64,000 nucleotides of DNA from Pseudogymnoascus verrucosus. Lineage: Eukaryota. Location of the stretch: assembly GCA_001662655.1 (NCBI GenBank), contig KV460226.1; one strand, 5' to 3'. This document shows, one piece after another, positions 26,323-37,865 of this stretch; position 1 is the stretch's first letter, and each line of letters opens with the position of its first letter. The notes beneath the pieces were generated by a model that was not told the DNA's origin, did no database searches, and was given only the letters and a program-made list of their open reading frames with translations. The position numbers and the translations under genes are program-made.

Positions 26323-27044
26323 TATGGCGACGCTAAAACTTCAAAAATAACAATGCGATGTCGAAGACGATCAACCTAATTATCTGAAGATGCTCCCTTT
26401 ATATGTGGTAACATAGCCCCGTTGGCTTGGCCCGTCTGTGGTTTACATTAGTGTCAGCACGGCACAATTGTTCACCCGTAACTCAGGTCCAGACCAACTA
26501 GCTTCAACCAACACGATTAGGCTAATATTTCTTAGGAAAGAGGATACGTTAGTGGGCTTCATGGAAAACCATTTCAGGGGAGCTGAAATTAATGCACATA
26601 AAAATAGCTAACATTCCACGCTATACTTCTTGGCATGATTGAGCCTACTCCCAAGTAGTACTTAAGCTTGTGAAAAGAAGAGTGAAGTCGATGTCAAATC
26701 TCTTGAATGATTGCATGTGGTGGGATTTCTCGTATCGTGGTAATAACTGCCATCTGGATGGTGGAGCAGGGACTAGTAGAGCGCCATGATCGGGATCCCC
26801 GCTATACCCCATATAATTTGCAACTTAAAAGTTAATATCGACATCTAACAATTTAGAGATATGCGTTTCGCTCTTAACTTAATAGGTGATCAAATTGAAT
26901 ATCGTTTCTAATATCCGAGCCTTGAATGACTCCCTTGGTTTGTGGCTGTGACTGACGGTGACTCACTCCATCCATATCACCAAAACCATTCTTCGCGATA
27001 GCCTTCGCTGATTAACAAACAACACCACATTGCCCATTGACAAC

Positions 27045-29201
27045 ATGCATTCCGCCAAAGCTACAGCCAGCAGTATGACGTAGAAAGCTCTTTCCGTTAA
27101 TCTAAAGAACCCATATGGATTAAATCCCAAGAAAGAAAATGCACCAAAACCACCAAACCCCAAAGGCAAGGCCACACCTCCATCTCGCGACGCCCAAAAT
27201 GACCCCGACTCAATGTTCAAGGGCGGCTTCCTTGCCGACGTGTACAGCAAGAATCCCGTGAGATCAGATGGCATGGGAAGAGTCGTCACACGCTTTCCGC
27301 CTGAACCCAATGGCTTCCTCCATCTGGGGCATACCAAAGCGATTATGATTAATTTTGGATTCGCCAGGTTCCACGGCGGCGATTGCTACCTGCGCTTTGA
27401 TGATACGAATCCGACGGAAAAAGAAGAAAAGTATTTCATAACTATAGAAGAGATGATTAACTGGCTGGGATTTAAACCGGTGAAAGTTACCCATTCCAGC
27501 GATAACTTTGACCGCCTTTATGAGCTTGCAGAGGAGCTCATTAACAAGAACGGTGCCTATGTCTGCCATTGCACCAGTAAGATTTAGATATTTATGAGAC
27601 CTCTGATCGTGGCCGGTGTCTAACATTTCCTACAGAAGAAGAGGTTGTAGCCCAACGCGGTGGCGGCAAAGGCAAGGCTAGATACGCCTGCCCTCACCGA
27701 GGCCGACCCAATTCCGAATCCCTGGCCGAATTCCGAGCAATGCGTGACGGGAAATACGCACCACGCAAGGCAGTCCTCCGCATGAAACAAAATCTAGAAG
27801 ACAATAATCCTCAGATGTGGGATTTGACGGCTTATCGTGTCCTTGACGAGAAGCACAAGCATCACCGGATGGGGAACAAGTGGAGGATTATCCCACCTAC
27901 GATTTCACGCACTGCCTATGCGATACCTTCGAGGGGGTAACACACTCGCTTTGCAACACGGAATTTGAGCTTTCTCGGGTTTCGTATGAATGGCTATGTG
28001 ACAAGGTTGCTGTTTACAAGCCGATGCAGCGAGAGTTCGGCCGCCTCGGGATCTCGGGTACTGTTCTTTTGAAGCGCAAGATACTTGCTCTTATTGAGAG
28101 TAATCATGTCCATGATTGGGATGACCCTCGTTTGTATACGCTTATTGCTCTTCGGCGCCGGGGGGTTCCTCCCGAAGCGATTCTCGGTTTCGTCAACGAG
28201 CTTGGGGTTACCATGGCCGAGACTACTATTGATACAAACCGATTTGAGCAATGCATTCGTCGCTATCTAGAAGTCACAGTTCCTCGCCTGATGCTTGTCC
28301 TCGATCCTATTCCAGTGGTTATTGATAATATCCCAGAAGATTATATTGAGATGGTGGAGCTGCCGTTCTCCAAAGATCCAGCTTCTGGTGTAAGTGATTT
28401 ACCTCTATAGACCTGTGCGATGAGAAAACCCCCTTGAAGTTTTGTGCATACAGAGCCATCGTTTTGGTTTTCCTGTCTTTACATTCACGAACGGCTAATC
28501 ATAATCCCTTGCCAGGTCCATACCGTTCCATTCACCAGAACCGTCTACATCGAACGCAGTGACTTCCGAGAATCGGCCTCAAAAGACTTCTTCCGTCTTG
28601 CACCTGGCACATCTGTCGGACTGTTAAAAGTCCCATATCCCATCACAGCAACTGGATTCGAAACAGACCCTGAAACAAGATTAGTTACTCTAGTGAACGC
28701 TCGTTATGAAAAGCCCGACGAAGGGTCTGCATTTAAAAAGCCTAAGAGGTATGTATTATCCTTACTATCTTCACCCCCAAAATATATCAAAGCTAAATGT
28801 AGATGCTAACCTTCTCACTAGTTAGTTAGATCCACTGGGTTGCAAAATGCCCTTCAAAGAACAGCCCCGTCAAAGCTACTGTCCGCGTCTTCAACTCCCT
28901 TTTCAAATCAGACGACCCCAATACTCGACCTGAGGGATTTCTGTCTGATGTCAACCCCCACTTCGAGGAGATATTCCCAAACGCAATGATTGAGACTGGC
29001 ATCGAGGAAATCAAGCGCACCGCTCCATGGCCAAGACCCCGCGAGGGGTATACCGAGGCTGCATCTGGCATCACACCACCAGAAACCGTTCGATTCCAAG
29101 GGATGCGCATTGCATATTTCTGCCTAGACCGCGACAGTACAGAGACAAACCTCGTTTTAAACAGGATAGTAAGTCTAAAAGAGGATGCCAAGAAGGCATA
29201 A
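27045..29201 (+). pseudogene. GLN4: Glutaminyl-tRNA synthetase paralog, pseudogenised
   Basis: [29 protein letters not shown] motifs; in-frame TAG at 27081; 1-nt deletion at ~27888 (KWRI/YPTYDF); TAG at 28827 in S*IHWV. Confidence 0.88.
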
Positions 29202-29263
29202 TCAAATAAATAGCTATATAAAAATATAATTCCAACCTTCCCTACTACATCAATCCTTCCCAC

Positions 29264-29450
29264 TCAACAACCCCTCCACCTAGCAAGTCCCCCATCTCCT
29301 CCCTTTTCCCCCTCTCCCTCCACAACCCTCTCCACCAACCCCGCAAAATACCCCAGGCAACCCCCATCCACACCCTCCTCTTCACAAGTCCTCAAAATAT
29401 TCCTCAACCCCTCTCTCTGCATCGCTACCGGACTCCCCAATGGAGAGTGA
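29264..29450 (-). pseudogene. Probable orphan 3' fragment of a helical NAD-dependent oxidoreductase C-terminal domain
   Basis: GSPVAMQREGLRNILRTCEEEGVDGGCLGYFAGLVERVVEGEGEKGGDGGLA preceded by (agtcca)n instead of an N-terminal domain; family resemblance from memory only. Confidence 0.3.
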
Positions 29451-29580
29451 AGTCCAAATCGAAGTCCAAGTCCAAGTCCAAGTTCAAGGACTTTTGTTGT
29501 CATTCCAGGTGGGACAAAGACTCATCTAAAGATGATGCTCCTTTCCAACTGATCGTATTAACGCCATACTTGATTAGTCG

Positions 29581-30127
29581 CTAGTTATGACCAAATCTTC
29601 TTGCAATGTCCCGTCTCTCTTCCTTACCCTTGACAAGTTCATTGTACTTTTCGGAGCCAAATGTTTTCTCAAACTCTTCATCTGTGTAGGAGATCTACGA
29701 AACATCAGCTGAGAACCCCTAAAAATAACAGGAAGTAGCTTACGCTTTGAGGTCTATTGGCAGGGTTAAATTGATACCTCTCCTCTAGTTTTCTAGCGGC
29801 GTATGGCGGCAATGGATAGCGGACACTGCATCTTATATCAGCTACAGCATGAAGACTATGATCTTTCAATACATACAGCTCTGCCCCGTTCCATCTGAAA
29901 AATGAGATTGCATAGTCTGTACTATCCACTGGACCATTATCAACAAGTAGGGAGCACCGAACACCAAACGAAAATTCTCCCTCCATTACAAAACGATCGC
30001 CAAGAGTCTCATTAAAGTCTCGAGCGAAAACCATTTGACAGGCTTGATTAGTAAGAAATGTAGCTTTATCTTTGTCTGCACCAGGGACTGTATGCGATTT
30101 GCAGGTAATGAGAATACGTGTTGCCAT
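29581..30127 (-). CDS. Hypothetical protein, at least 3 exons; 3' end uncertain
   Basis: TATA upstream; GT-AG introns 29826-29876 and ~29695-29744 keep the frame; no recognisable domain. Confidence 0.6.
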
Positions 30128-30331
30128 TATCGTTACCCCGATTGAATTGAGAACGTTGCAAGAAGGGTTGAGGGGTAGGCATGGCTTATATAATTAGGAG
30201 CAGTGTAAGCCTATTTCGTTCTCGTCTACCTGACGTATCACCAACTCCTCCTCCTCCAAATCGTCCACTAGCGATTTCAAGCAAGCACGTGCATAATAGT
30301 TAAATTGGTGCCATCTAGCATTTCAAACTAT

Positions 30332-30787
30332 TTACAGCACTGCTTTACCCTGCTCAATCTGCTTTATCACCGAATCGGTATCGACGAGGTCCCACACATC
30401 AGCGAATTTGCCATCCACCGGGTGATAAAGAGTGAACTGTGAAGCAGTCACGCGGCAACCAGTTGGCTCAATTCCCTGGAAAGTGCCTTGGTGGGTACCA
30501 GTGACCCTAAGATGCAGGGCGAGGTAGTTGCCTTCGATAGTGAGATTCCTCATCTCCCAATGCCAGTCGGGGAATGCGGCAATCAGAGGCTTGAACTGCG
30601 CCGTAACTTTGGATGGAGCCCAGGGTTCATCGTTGACGTTAATAGGCGAGGTATAGAATGACTCCATTGCCTTGAAATTGTGTGCATTGCAATGCTCAAT
30701 ATAGGAAAGGTATAGTGCCCGGCGTTCTTCGTTCTGGGCTGCGTAGCCAGTTACTCCAGAAACAGGCGGTGTTCCTTGAGTAGCCAT
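30332..30787 (-). CDS. SnoaL-like ester cyclase/polyketide cyclase (NTF2-like), intronless
   Basis: AFPDWHWE..GTHQGTFQGIEPTG.RV..FTLY..DGKFADVW. Confidence 0.9.
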   Translation of the reverse strand: MATQGTPPVSGVTGYAAQNEERRALYLSYIEHCNAHNFKAMESFYTSPINVNDEPWAPSKVTAQFKPLIAAFPDWHWEMRNLTIEGNYLALHLRVTGTHQGTFQGIEPTGCRVTASQFTLYHPVDGKFADVWDLVDTDSVIKQIEQGKAVL

Positions 30788-31395
30788 TGTCTTATGTATG
30801 AAAAAAGGAGCTCTTTAAAGCAGGGCCGGTTTAATAGACGTGAAATGGTGAATACTTTCTTCTGAGAAGCAGTCCAGCTTATAAGAATTTATATGGGCGG
30901 ATAGATAAAGTTTATAAACTAATGAGAACAATGTTAGACACACTTTTTTGTAAACCGGGGGCCAGAGGGAAATTACAGGCTAAGATTGAAGATGCTTTTA
31001 TAAATCTGACGCTGTAGGTTGTATCTGTCAAATGTAAATAGAAATTGCCAAAATATACTTGGTATATTTGGTGATATTGGAGTTGTCGTTACGAGAATAG
31101 AATTGGGGGGTTGTTAAGAGCTAAGGGGATGAAGGTCTTAGTTATATACACAAGGGCGATGCCATGTAGGTAGGGACACCTCTTAGCTAAGAAGAACATC
31201 GTTTGGCACCAAGACGTATCAATAAAATCTGCTGTTGTCAGATTACCTAACCAGCTTACCTGACCAGCTTACATGACCCTACTGACAGATGGCTATTTCA
31301 GTACCAATTAAAGTCTGGCTTCACATGATGATGTAATCTAATACAGGCAAAAAAAATACAAAGGCAGCCTGTCAGGGAAACTGGAAAGTACGCCC

Positions 31396-31444
31396 TGGCA
31401 GAGCGGACGGGATGCCTAATTCTCTTGAGTCTGTGGTCGTATGC
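31396..31444 (-). rRNA. Truncated 5S rRNA gene (first ~49 nt only; pseudogene)
   Basis: Minus strand GCATACGACCACAGACTCAAGAGAATTAGGCATCCCGTCCGCTCTGCCA matches the 5' part of dispersed Pezizomycotina 5S genes; similarity then stops. Confidence 0.85.
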
Positions 31445-31692
31445 GATTGTTCTTCCTGTAGAGTGGGCTATCAGGAGCCGTTTCTTCTGTTTACTTTCTC
31501 CAAAAACACCAGTATTAAAATAAACGCCACGACCCGAGCACAGACTAGAAAAGCACGGGGGCCACAAAACTTGGTAAAATAGGGCAAAGGTCTTGAGAAT
31601 CGGTACAGTATAGTAGTCATAATCCTGCCGCTGCCTGGCGATCTGGCCTGACTCCCGTCACTCTGTACGATGTTTAACATATTAGCAACATT

Positions 31693-33424
31693 TTACTTCT
31701 TTACAAGTATCCTGACCCCTTTAGAGCCATCTGGCGCCACAGGGATGAAGACGTCCTTGGTGAGTTCCACATCATACATAGTCGTCTCGAATAGTTCCAA
31801 GTACCCCGCATCATCCTCGAACCTTATATCCTCGCTCCCGTAAGCCCTGAATATCCTCGCCAGAGCAACATAAAGCTCTGCGTAAGCCAGATTGATGCCA
31901 ATGCATTGTCTCGTGCCCTTTGAAAAAGAGACAAGGTATTTAGACAACTGTGGGTTGCCAATCCAGCGTTCAGGCAAGAACTTCCTCGAGTTGGGAAAGA
32001 CCGACTCGTCATGGTGAATGAGAACGCTCGTCATGCTGACCGGTGTTCCGGGAGGTATGTACCAGTCTTTGTTTCCGTCGTTAAAAGACAAAGTCTCGTC
32101 AGGTGCAATGCGTTGGAGGCGAGTGCATACGCCGTAGCTCAGTCGAATGCACTCCTGGACGCATCCTGTCAAGAATGGAAGCTGCTCCAAGGCAGCCAAG
32201 GTAATGGGTGAGGAAGGACTTTTCAACACCGTCTGCAGTTCCTCCTTAAGTTTTTTTAGCGTCCCGGGCTGGGAAAGAAGATAAAAGACGGCAATGCAGA
32301 GTCCCCAAGCTGTGGTGATTGTTCCAGCAATGACAACTGTCTGACCATCCTGCGCGAGTCGAGCATCTGACTTCTCTTCGGGCGGCAGGTCGCTGTTAAT
32401 AATCTCATAGAAAATTGTCCGGTGATCAGCACCTTTGTCGTCAGTTATTCCAGCCTTCATCTCCTTAATCTGTTTTTTAATCATCTGTATCACAGGGTTA
32501 GTGTAAATTCTTATAGAAAGGTGTTCAATGGATAACGTTAGTTGAAAGAAAGCAACCAACATTTTGAAGACCAAAATACGAGGCCATGTCGGGATCTAAC
32601 CAGGTCATAAATGACTCAGGCAACGACTGCATGAGAGGCAAGATCCAGGGATATTGCTTGACGAGAGCACCGCCGCTGCTGCCAGCAATAGACGCATTGT
32701 GAAATGTGGGTTCAAAGTCATGCTGATCAACTCGACGGTCAGACCGTGCAAAGGCATATTCTTGAGCGATGTCTGTAACGACTGTCAGCGGAGTCAAGGC
32801 GGCAAATGATATATATACCATTAGTGTATGCAGAGAATGCGTAGTTCAGAATTATGAGCTGGCTGGAAGCTTGAAACTCTTGAAAGCGGTTCAGCAGCGC
32901 GTCAATTCTCTCGTCAATGATAGGTTGCAGCTTCCTGACCGCGCCTTTGGAAAAGAATGGATTGACAGCTGCTCTTCGGATGCGGTGGGAGTCGTGATCG
33001 TTAGTCCCGAACATGGATTCGGGCAAGCCAAACTGTGCCGAAAACCAATCCCACCGATGGCGACGCTTTCCGGGCCCTGAGTACAGTTTCTCGTAGAAGT
33101 CGGGTGATGAAACGTGCAGCTCATAGGGATTGATGCGGATAATAGGGCCATATTTCTCGTGCATCCGACCAATCTCAAACGTATACTGCCCACCTTGTAC
33201 TACATCGTAATAGAATTCATACCTGTCATTCATCAGTGTAATCTATAGAGTGTGTCTTATTATTTTACTTACCAGAAGCTCACTGCTGCTAGCTTGGGCC
33301 CTGGGAACTTGGCTATTGGACTGAAATATATGCGATAGACAGCTTGCGTGATAACGTACACGAGCCAGGCCGTGAGTGTCGCGGCTAGTGCTGAAGCAAC
33401 AGATCCGCTGAAGATCGAGTTCAT
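31693..33424 (-). CDS. Cytochrome P450 (trichodiene oxygenase/CYP58-clan-like), 4 exons
   Basis: N-terminal TM then [50 protein letters not shown] heme Cys. Confidence 0.95.
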
Positions 33425-34053
33425 AGTATACTGTTATAATTATAGCTATTAACGTGATAATGCAGATTAAGATGAGTAGAGGGGTAGGCTTAAAGTGTGA
33501 GATAAAGGAAGTAAAGACGAGACGCAGAGTGTTGGACATAAGGGAAAACGGTGCCGCAGCCCGGAACCTACCACAGGGATTGCCGAGGATTGTCGGAGAA
33601 ATACAGTACAAACTAGGGCTGATCCCTTCCGTAAAATAACCAGTCGAATCAATTACAATTTTATCCTTAGTATAGAGATATGGCTACGACTGTTCCTTGG
33701 CAACTGCCATGGGTGGATCGGGCCGCTGGCACCGCCGAGTGGGGGTCCAAGCTCCCAACACCGTACTATAGCGCGACCTGACCCACTAAAAATCAATGGG
33801 ACGGGCATTACCTCCTTGACTTGCCACCCTTGCAACTCAGCCGGACATTTATCACCATCCGTTTGTTCTCCTCGAGAAGGGTTCATCATATCCATTTGAT
33901 ATATATGAGCTTGACAATAGCCCTTAAGAAATATCCATCTTCAATAGTTTCCGCTTGCTGCGAACTTTATCTGTTCGAGTAGGGCAGAAATGAAGGATGA
34001 CTCTACTGCTTCCTTCTTTACATACTTATGTTTCCTGGCATAGTCTCCCTGCA

Positions 34054-37000
34054 TTATTTATCTTCCTCGGTGCCTTCAACATAAGCGAATGTCGGTCCTG
34101 TTAGAGTGAAGTTAGTAAATATTATATCTAAAGTAGCATCTATAGCATGACTCTACTGGCAAAGGTACTGCTCGTGTTAGCATCCTTCGTGATTCTCTCA
34201 CTTACTCCTTTGGGGTGGTTCCATCTCAGGGTCCTGTTCTGGACCCTTTGCTTCATTGTCGCCATTTGAACCCTCATTCTTGGTATCTCCAGGATCATCT
34301 GCTGCGTGATTTTTATCATCCGTCTGTGTATTGGCAATCCCAACCTGCGGTCCATCATCAATCTCAACCTGCGGCCCATCACTCTTCTCGTCTTGTGTGA
34401 CTGGTTGTTTAGCTTCTGATTTTTTATCACCTGAATAGATGGGGTCCCAAGTATCGTCAACCTGCGATCCATCATCAATCGTCTCAACTTGCGGTCCATC
34501 ATCAATCTTCTCAACTTGCGGCCCATCATCAATCGTCTCAACTTGCGGTCCATCATCAATCTTCTCAACTTGCGGCCCATCATCAATCTTTTCAACTTGC
34601 TGTCCATCATAAATCTCAACCTGGGGTCTACTATATTCCCGGTATTGTGCGACTGATTGTTCTTCTCTTGGCTCTATATCTCCTGAATAGATGGGGTCCC
34701 AATCATCGTCTGTTGTACTTGAGGTTGTACTTGAGTCCTGCTCTGTTTCCTCTATGATGTCTTCAACTGCCTTCTTTGCATTTTCTTTCTTGGCTATCCT
34801 TGCTTTGATCAATTCTTTTCTGGAGCGGTACTCCTTCTCTTTGGCTTCCTTTTCCGTCTTCGACTTTTCCTGCTCGTATATGCGAGCCTGCATCATCTCT
34901 TGGGTTAGCTGACGTTCTTCTAATACCTTTCTTCTCTCCAATTCAGAATCTCCCTTAGAATGACCCTGGTATTGGGGTAACGGTTGCCTTACATCTTCAG
35001 CCATTTGGTTGTAAAAGCTGAAGTTGGATAAGTCAACAATCATGTCCTGGGGCAAATCCCCAGCCACAGCTCTTGCCGCACGTTGGGCCTCTTCTAGTTG
35101 CACGGTAAATTGTTCCTGGAATCGAAACAATGCACTTTGAATCATCCGTTTGCACCACTCCATGAGGGGGTTTTCCAGAATTCTAGCGAAGTTTGGCGGT
35201 GATGACATTTGGTCTTCAAAGTCGGCTAGCTCATCCCTTAGGGCTTGGAGTTGTGCTTCGTCATGTGCGAGAAGGTATTTTGTAAGACATGTTTGCAGAT
35301 AGCCAACCATGTCCCCTTGCGTTAACTTCTGTAAGTTGCCAAGCTTTGCAAGTAGTTCCGTAGGATCTTCAGACCGGCAGGCGAGCTCTCTAAGAAAGCT
35401 TGCCTCCATACGGTAATCTCCTAGGTCCTGAGCAGCTTTTAGACCAGTATGCAATAGGTCGGTTGAGTTGCCCTGGAGAGTACTGGCACACCATCCTGGG
35501 TTTTCAGCACTGATCGGAATGTAAATAGGTAATGCGTTTAACCAGACGGTAAGCCCAGGAAACCTCCTTAAACTCTTTTGCGTCGATGTTGCATCATTTC
35601 CAAAGCCTGCCACGTGTCTTGCTAGCTCCGCCTCTGCTAATATCCATCTTAAATATGGCCTTGACTTGACATGCTCAGGATTGTTGTCCTTAATACAAGT
35701 AGAGAATCTCCTCGCAAGCTCTAACACTTGTTTTGCATTGCCAATAGCTTGCTGATTAAGCCTAGGGCGGAGCTGCGAAATAAAACTCTGGCCTAGAGTT
35801 GCCAGGATATCGAGAGTAGCGAGATATGATGATTCGTCGTACTCTTCAAGATTCCAATCGCGTAGGAAGTCAGCAAAGAAAGCGGAGGAGTATATATCGG
35901 CGCCAATAAAGGTTTTCCAGGTATGCTTTTGTCCTAGAGCTGACACAGATGCTGAAATTATATCACGGACGTCCCATATTCGCCCATCCGATAGAAGTGA
36001 CTTATACAACCCTGGCCGTTCAGACCAGATACCGGAATACATGAAAGGCGGAAAAAAACTCGATTTATCTCTCAGATAAGACAGGACTTTGAGGTAGTAT
36101 TGAAGTATTTGTAGCTTTGCATGTTAGAATAGCTCTCATATTATGGAAAACGTGCCTTGAATGACATACATCTGATGAGCAAGGTTGTCTGTCCGTCTTT
36201 CTTGTGTTGATGTATGTTGAGAGCTCGTCCAATTCTACGGTTTGAAGTCCCTTTTTAAAAAGACCCTTGGAATGAAATTCCCTATACGCTGAGCGGAGGT
36301 AGATGCTAATCTCGGTTCTCGTAACAGGCTCTGGTAATTGTCCGGGGGTTACTCCTCCTCTCTCCATAGCCATGATGTTGGACCTGCCAGGACCGAAGTT
36401 GCCGTTGTTCAGAGCATGACGTTCACTTTCCGTACCATAATTTTGTGCAGGTTCTGGGCCGTCGCCACCCGGAAGAGGTGTCTTATGTGATTCATCTTTC
36501 GTATAGTTTCCACGATCTAGAAGCATGTCTGAGTACTCTAAGAGGACGGGTTCCAGGTCGTTGTGGTCGAAGAGATGCGTCTCAAAGTGCAGCTCGGCTT
36601 CTTTGAAGTGCCCTAATCTAACCAAGCGGGAGAATTCTTCTAGTCGGCTCTCGACATCATCCTCTACATCAAGTTCCAGATGAACGGTTGTATCACGAGG
36701 CGAGGAAGGGTTCCATGTAACGTTGACAGCATCCGAGGAACTTCCGCGAGCTTGAGACTGAACCTTCTCCCGCGAAACACTTGTCATTTTACCCCGTTCG
36801 TTTTGATCGCGCAAAGAAACCCCATTTCGAGGGTCGTAGTTAGGAATTTGGTCCTGCCACCATGGATAGCGCTCATAATCCCTTCCTGGCCCTGATAAAT
36901 CCCTGCCATCAGACTTGCCACTGTTATCTCGAAAACGATACGGTATGTCTCTCTCCCTCACCGCGAGCGGCTCCGCAGTTTCAATATCTGCAGCATATCT

Positions 37001-37493
37001 TCGCTGTGTAGTATTTACATTAAGCGGAGTACGGCGAGGTGGCACGAACGGATCCTCGGGGTTTTCTTGACTCATAGTACGCACATTTCTATCTGAATCC
37101 AGTTAGTATCGCTACTGTTGATGATAGAAATAATGTACCATAGTAGATATTGTGGTAAGGCGTTTTGGCTTCTAGATGAACCGGAGGTGCTTCGATCGGA
37201 TTACCATAGGCATTCATTATTCGAGCGCCCGGAGGAGGGGCTAGCTTAGGAGAACCAGGCGCTCTGTCTTTACGCATCTGTGACTCTAAATCGTCAATAC
37301 GCTCGCGCTCGACTTTGTTGATGCGTCCGAGTTCGCGCTCGATTTTGTTGACACGATCGAACTCACGCTTCATTTCGTCGAGCCGTACAAGGAGTCCAGG
37401 GCCGTCTGAGACGGCCGTGGGCACCAAGAACCGAGACTGGGCGTCTCGGCTGCTATGCAGTCGGGCTCGCTCCAGAGACGACGACCTATTCAT
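34054..37493 (-). CDS. Large hypothetical helical (TPR-like) protein with C-terminal acidic repeats; multi-exon, 3' end uncertain
   Basis: ORFs 37089-37538, 36065-37084 and 34198-36042 join in frame through GT-AG introns (~37093-37138, ~36115-36169). Confidence 0.7.
34340..34700 (-). repeat. Coding minisatellite, 27-bp unit (GPQVE[K/T]IDD) about 6 times, nested in a larger duplication (WDPIYSGD twice)
   Basis: tcaacttgcggcccatcatcaatcttc-like units; tgaatagatggggtccca at ~34432 and ~34684. Confidence 0.93.
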
Positions 37494-37736
37494 TTTACAG
37501 GATGCTAAAAACAAAAATAAATCATGAATCTCGTGCAAGGTAGTCTAGAAGGCTGTCGCTTATGGGTAGTGTGAGGGGATTTAATTGTAGCAATAGAAGC
37601 CACGCAGTTGCTGCGCCTTGGCTGCAGCATGGGGCCAAAACTAAGCGAACTGCGGACTGCGGATTTATATACTCAGCCTCACAGCTTCATAGGATTGCCT
37701 CTCAGCTGGGGCCAGCCTCCCTCATGTCAGTTAGAT

Positions 37737-37810
37737 ATTTACTCGATTGATTTTACTCGATTGATTTTACTCGATTGATTTTACTCGATTGATTTTACTC
37801 GATTGATTGA
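37737..37810. repeat. 14-bp minisatellite (ttttactcgattga) x5
   Basis: Five near-perfect tandem units between two divergent genes. Confidence 0.96.
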
Positions 37811-37865
37811 GCGCACCAAATCGTTCATAGTAGCAACCCCGCAACAGTTGTGGATTCCAAGAAGC

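Noticed and set aside
32311..32328. P450 I-helix AGTITT lacking the acidic residue as a sign of inactivation
   Set aside because: Similar variants occur in this P450 group; ExxR, PERW and the heme Cys are intact with no frameshift
36040..36070. Apparent frameshift between ORFs 36065-37084 and 34198-36042
   Set aside because: After removing the ~36115-36169 intron the frame reads through (KSSFFPPFMYSG)
37737..37810. Tandem arrays here and at 49942-50048 as CRISPR-like
   Set aside because: Eukaryotic context, no unique spacers between identical repeats, no cas genes
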